Source: Adineta vaga (lineage: Eukaryota > Animalia > Rotifera). From it: 64,000 bases of DNA. The stretch is from the NCBI GenBank assembly GCA_021613535.1, contig CP075493.1:12462001-12526000 (forward strand), written 5' to 3'. Numbering within the stretch: position 1 is the stretch's first letter; each line of letters opens with the position of its first letter. Of the stretch, positions 61,946-64,000 are shown piece by piece. A program made the translations under genes and the position numbers. Under the pieces are notes generated by a model. It was not told the DNA's origin. It was given only the letters and a program-made list of their open reading frames with translations, and did not search any database.

Positions 61946-63328
61946 ACTTCAATCAATTCATGTGCCTAATATGCAGTGACTTTGCCGTTCTATTTTTGTC
62001 TGTTCGTATCTCATATACATCCTTCATGCATCTTTAATCTTTCTCTTCCTATAAAACATATATCCGCCTTTTCTTTACTTTTCTTCTTATACACCTATGT
62101 TACATTACGCCCTAACTGATCATCAATGAAAACAGACATCCTTTTTATTTTATAATTGTATTGTTGCAAATATATTTATCATAGTCTTATTTCTTTTTCA
62201 TTATCTTTCCCTTTTCATGTTCTTTCGTTGGTCATGTTGGAGAAGCATACAAACATATGCTTTCCCTGAAACAATGCGAAATGTGATATGAAAATTTTAA
62301 AAAAAGAGGTGAAGTTCTATTAACGTTAAAGTTTCTTCTACATAAATTCATCATAATTATTTTATTGTTGTTGTGTTTCTTTTCAAATGAAATTCATCGG
62401 TATCGTTACTTGTGTTGAAAAAAGTCTTTGTATCACTATGGTTTTCATACAAAAATATCTTATAAATAAGAATATTACGGAGTCAAATAGAAATATTTCC
62501 TTATTAATATAGCATATATAAATTCATGGTTTTCTAGTTATTACTCATGTGTATGCTGTCAGTGGCGATAAATATATAACCTTTCATGGTAATATCAGAG
62601 TATTGTCATTTCTTTCTCTTTTTCTTCTCATATAAACTTAGGTTCTATTGTGAGACAGCTCAATTAACAACTATACAGTAGACGAAGCATTCTGTAGCCT
62701 GTACAAAAATTGATTGAATGAATACGAGTCTGTTGTTCATATGAACAAAACATAATCCAACGATTCAATAGTGCACCGAAGAAGAGGAAAAAACGAACAG
62801 GCGCTTGATGTACAACTCTATTGATATGTTGTGCAAGCGTTATAGGTATGATATTATTGCTACATCTACTCTCCTCACCGGCTCATCTTTCGTCACGACA
62901 AAGAAATTTACTGTAGAATTATCTCAGCTGAACAAGTTACTCATTTTGCTTTTACTTCTTTTTTTACATGAAGCTTATGTTCTTCAATAAGTAATATAAA
63001 GTTGTTCATTCAACAATTTTCCAAGTCGAAATTTTTCCTTTCAAACTTATTTCTATTTTGTTTTCGATACATAAGTTTTAATAAATCGAGCTTAGAAAGT
63101 ATTTTGATGAAATGCAATTTAAAAGAATGTGACTTCTCATAACCCAGTGCGTTCTAATTCATATAGTCGATAATCATTGAAGAGGATTTCAACTTCTGCA
63201 GATAAAAGATTAGAAATATCTTAAGAAAATCACGACAAAAATAGCAATGACTAACATAGAATAACAAGTCATTATATGTATCTGCGTACATACAGATAGT
63301 TTAGATTAAAATTTTAATCAAGAGAAAC

Positions 63329-63400
63329 CAGGGGCGTCCCGAGGGTGGGGGGCGCGTGGGGCGTAACGCCCCCTGCTTTTGACACCTCGGGACACCCCTG
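63329..63400. mobile_element. 72-bp hAT-type MITE
   Basis: 8-bp TSD AGAGAAAC (63321-63328 and 63401-63408); TIR CAGGGGYGTCCCGAGG matching 15/16. Confidence 0.92.
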
Positions 63401-63877
63401 AGAGAAACTAATGTTTTTCATAAAAGAAACGAGAAAGTACTTGTATCTAAATAGAGACAAGCATCCCAATGCTTCTTTACAGGAATACTATAAAATAAGA
63501 AATCACCCGCTGAGATAGAATTTTCAAAATTCATTCAAAGTCATATAATCCACATCCTTGAGATTTTATAGAGACGATTTGTTCTACACCTGAAATATCT
63601 TCTCCCTTTGTCGTTGTGTTTGTCAGTACTTTCTTCCCACCTTCTCTTTTTCACAACTATGATTTCTATAATAAGTCAGCTCTATTTTAATCCAGTTTGT
63701 CTTGTAATTGAATTTGTTTTCAAAAAGATGACAAGCAACAAGAAATGAATTAGATTTATGCGCTTGACAGCCGACAGTGATTATTAAATATCATTCTGGA
63801 CAAAAAAATATTGTGAAGGAAGTAAGAATTGTTTATCAATTGCTCGAAAGTATTTCTATCTTCTCATTCATTTCCAA

Positions 63878-64000
63878 ATGGACTACATTCAAACATTACT
63901 ATCAGTACAGACATATTTATACAGAATAGGTGGTGCAATTATAATGGTTGCTGGATGTCTAGGTTGTATACTCAGTTTAATGATCTTTTCAAAGAAGAAT
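63878..64000 (+). CDS. GPCR copy 4 (partial, runs off window)
   Basis: MDYIQTLLSVQTYLYRIGGAIIMVAGCLGCILSLMIFSKKN. Confidence 0.85.
   Translation, partial: MDYIQTLLSVQTYLYRIGGAIIMVAGCLGCILSLMIFSKKN

Noticed and set aside
1-64000. Bacterial contamination explaining the microbial-type genes
   Set aside because: They are interleaved with intron-rich animal genes, share the AT-rich composition, and some contain spliceosomal introns.

Overview
AT-rich eukaryotic genomic DNA with many short (about 50-90 nt) GT-AG introns. The gene content (NHL, ART, F-box/LRR, NACHT, intronless orphan GPCRs, bacterial/fungal-type enzymes) and TGTGGG repeats point to a bdelloid rotifer, probably Adineta-like; this is an inference. 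The window is a fast-turnover accessory region with four components. (1) Defence-type genes, many decayed: DED-NHL, ART-NHL, TRIM-like NHL, NYN/Regnase-like RNase plus nucleotidyltransferase, NACHT relic, Crinkler-like REase-kinase and a caspase-like relic. (2) HGT-candidate enzymes: SAHH-like, condensation-domain acyltransferase, guanine deaminase, two protoglobins and an acetoin reductase. (3) A GPCR cluster. (4) Mobile elements with readable target duplications: a 5.16-kb LINE inside a PLAC8 exon, a 2.27-kb TTAA foldback element and a 72-bp hAT MITE. Two observations stand out. First, a dispersed family of tiny head-to-head telomeric-repeat hairpins (ATCTTGAGGGTGTGGG...CCCACACCCTCAAGAT) with unrelated spacers, three of which sit at gene-truncation or duplication breakpoints. 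Second, an in-frame splice that would fuse the NYN RNase to a Pol-beta-fold nucleotidyltransferase. All gene models and alignments were made by eye; no searches were run.
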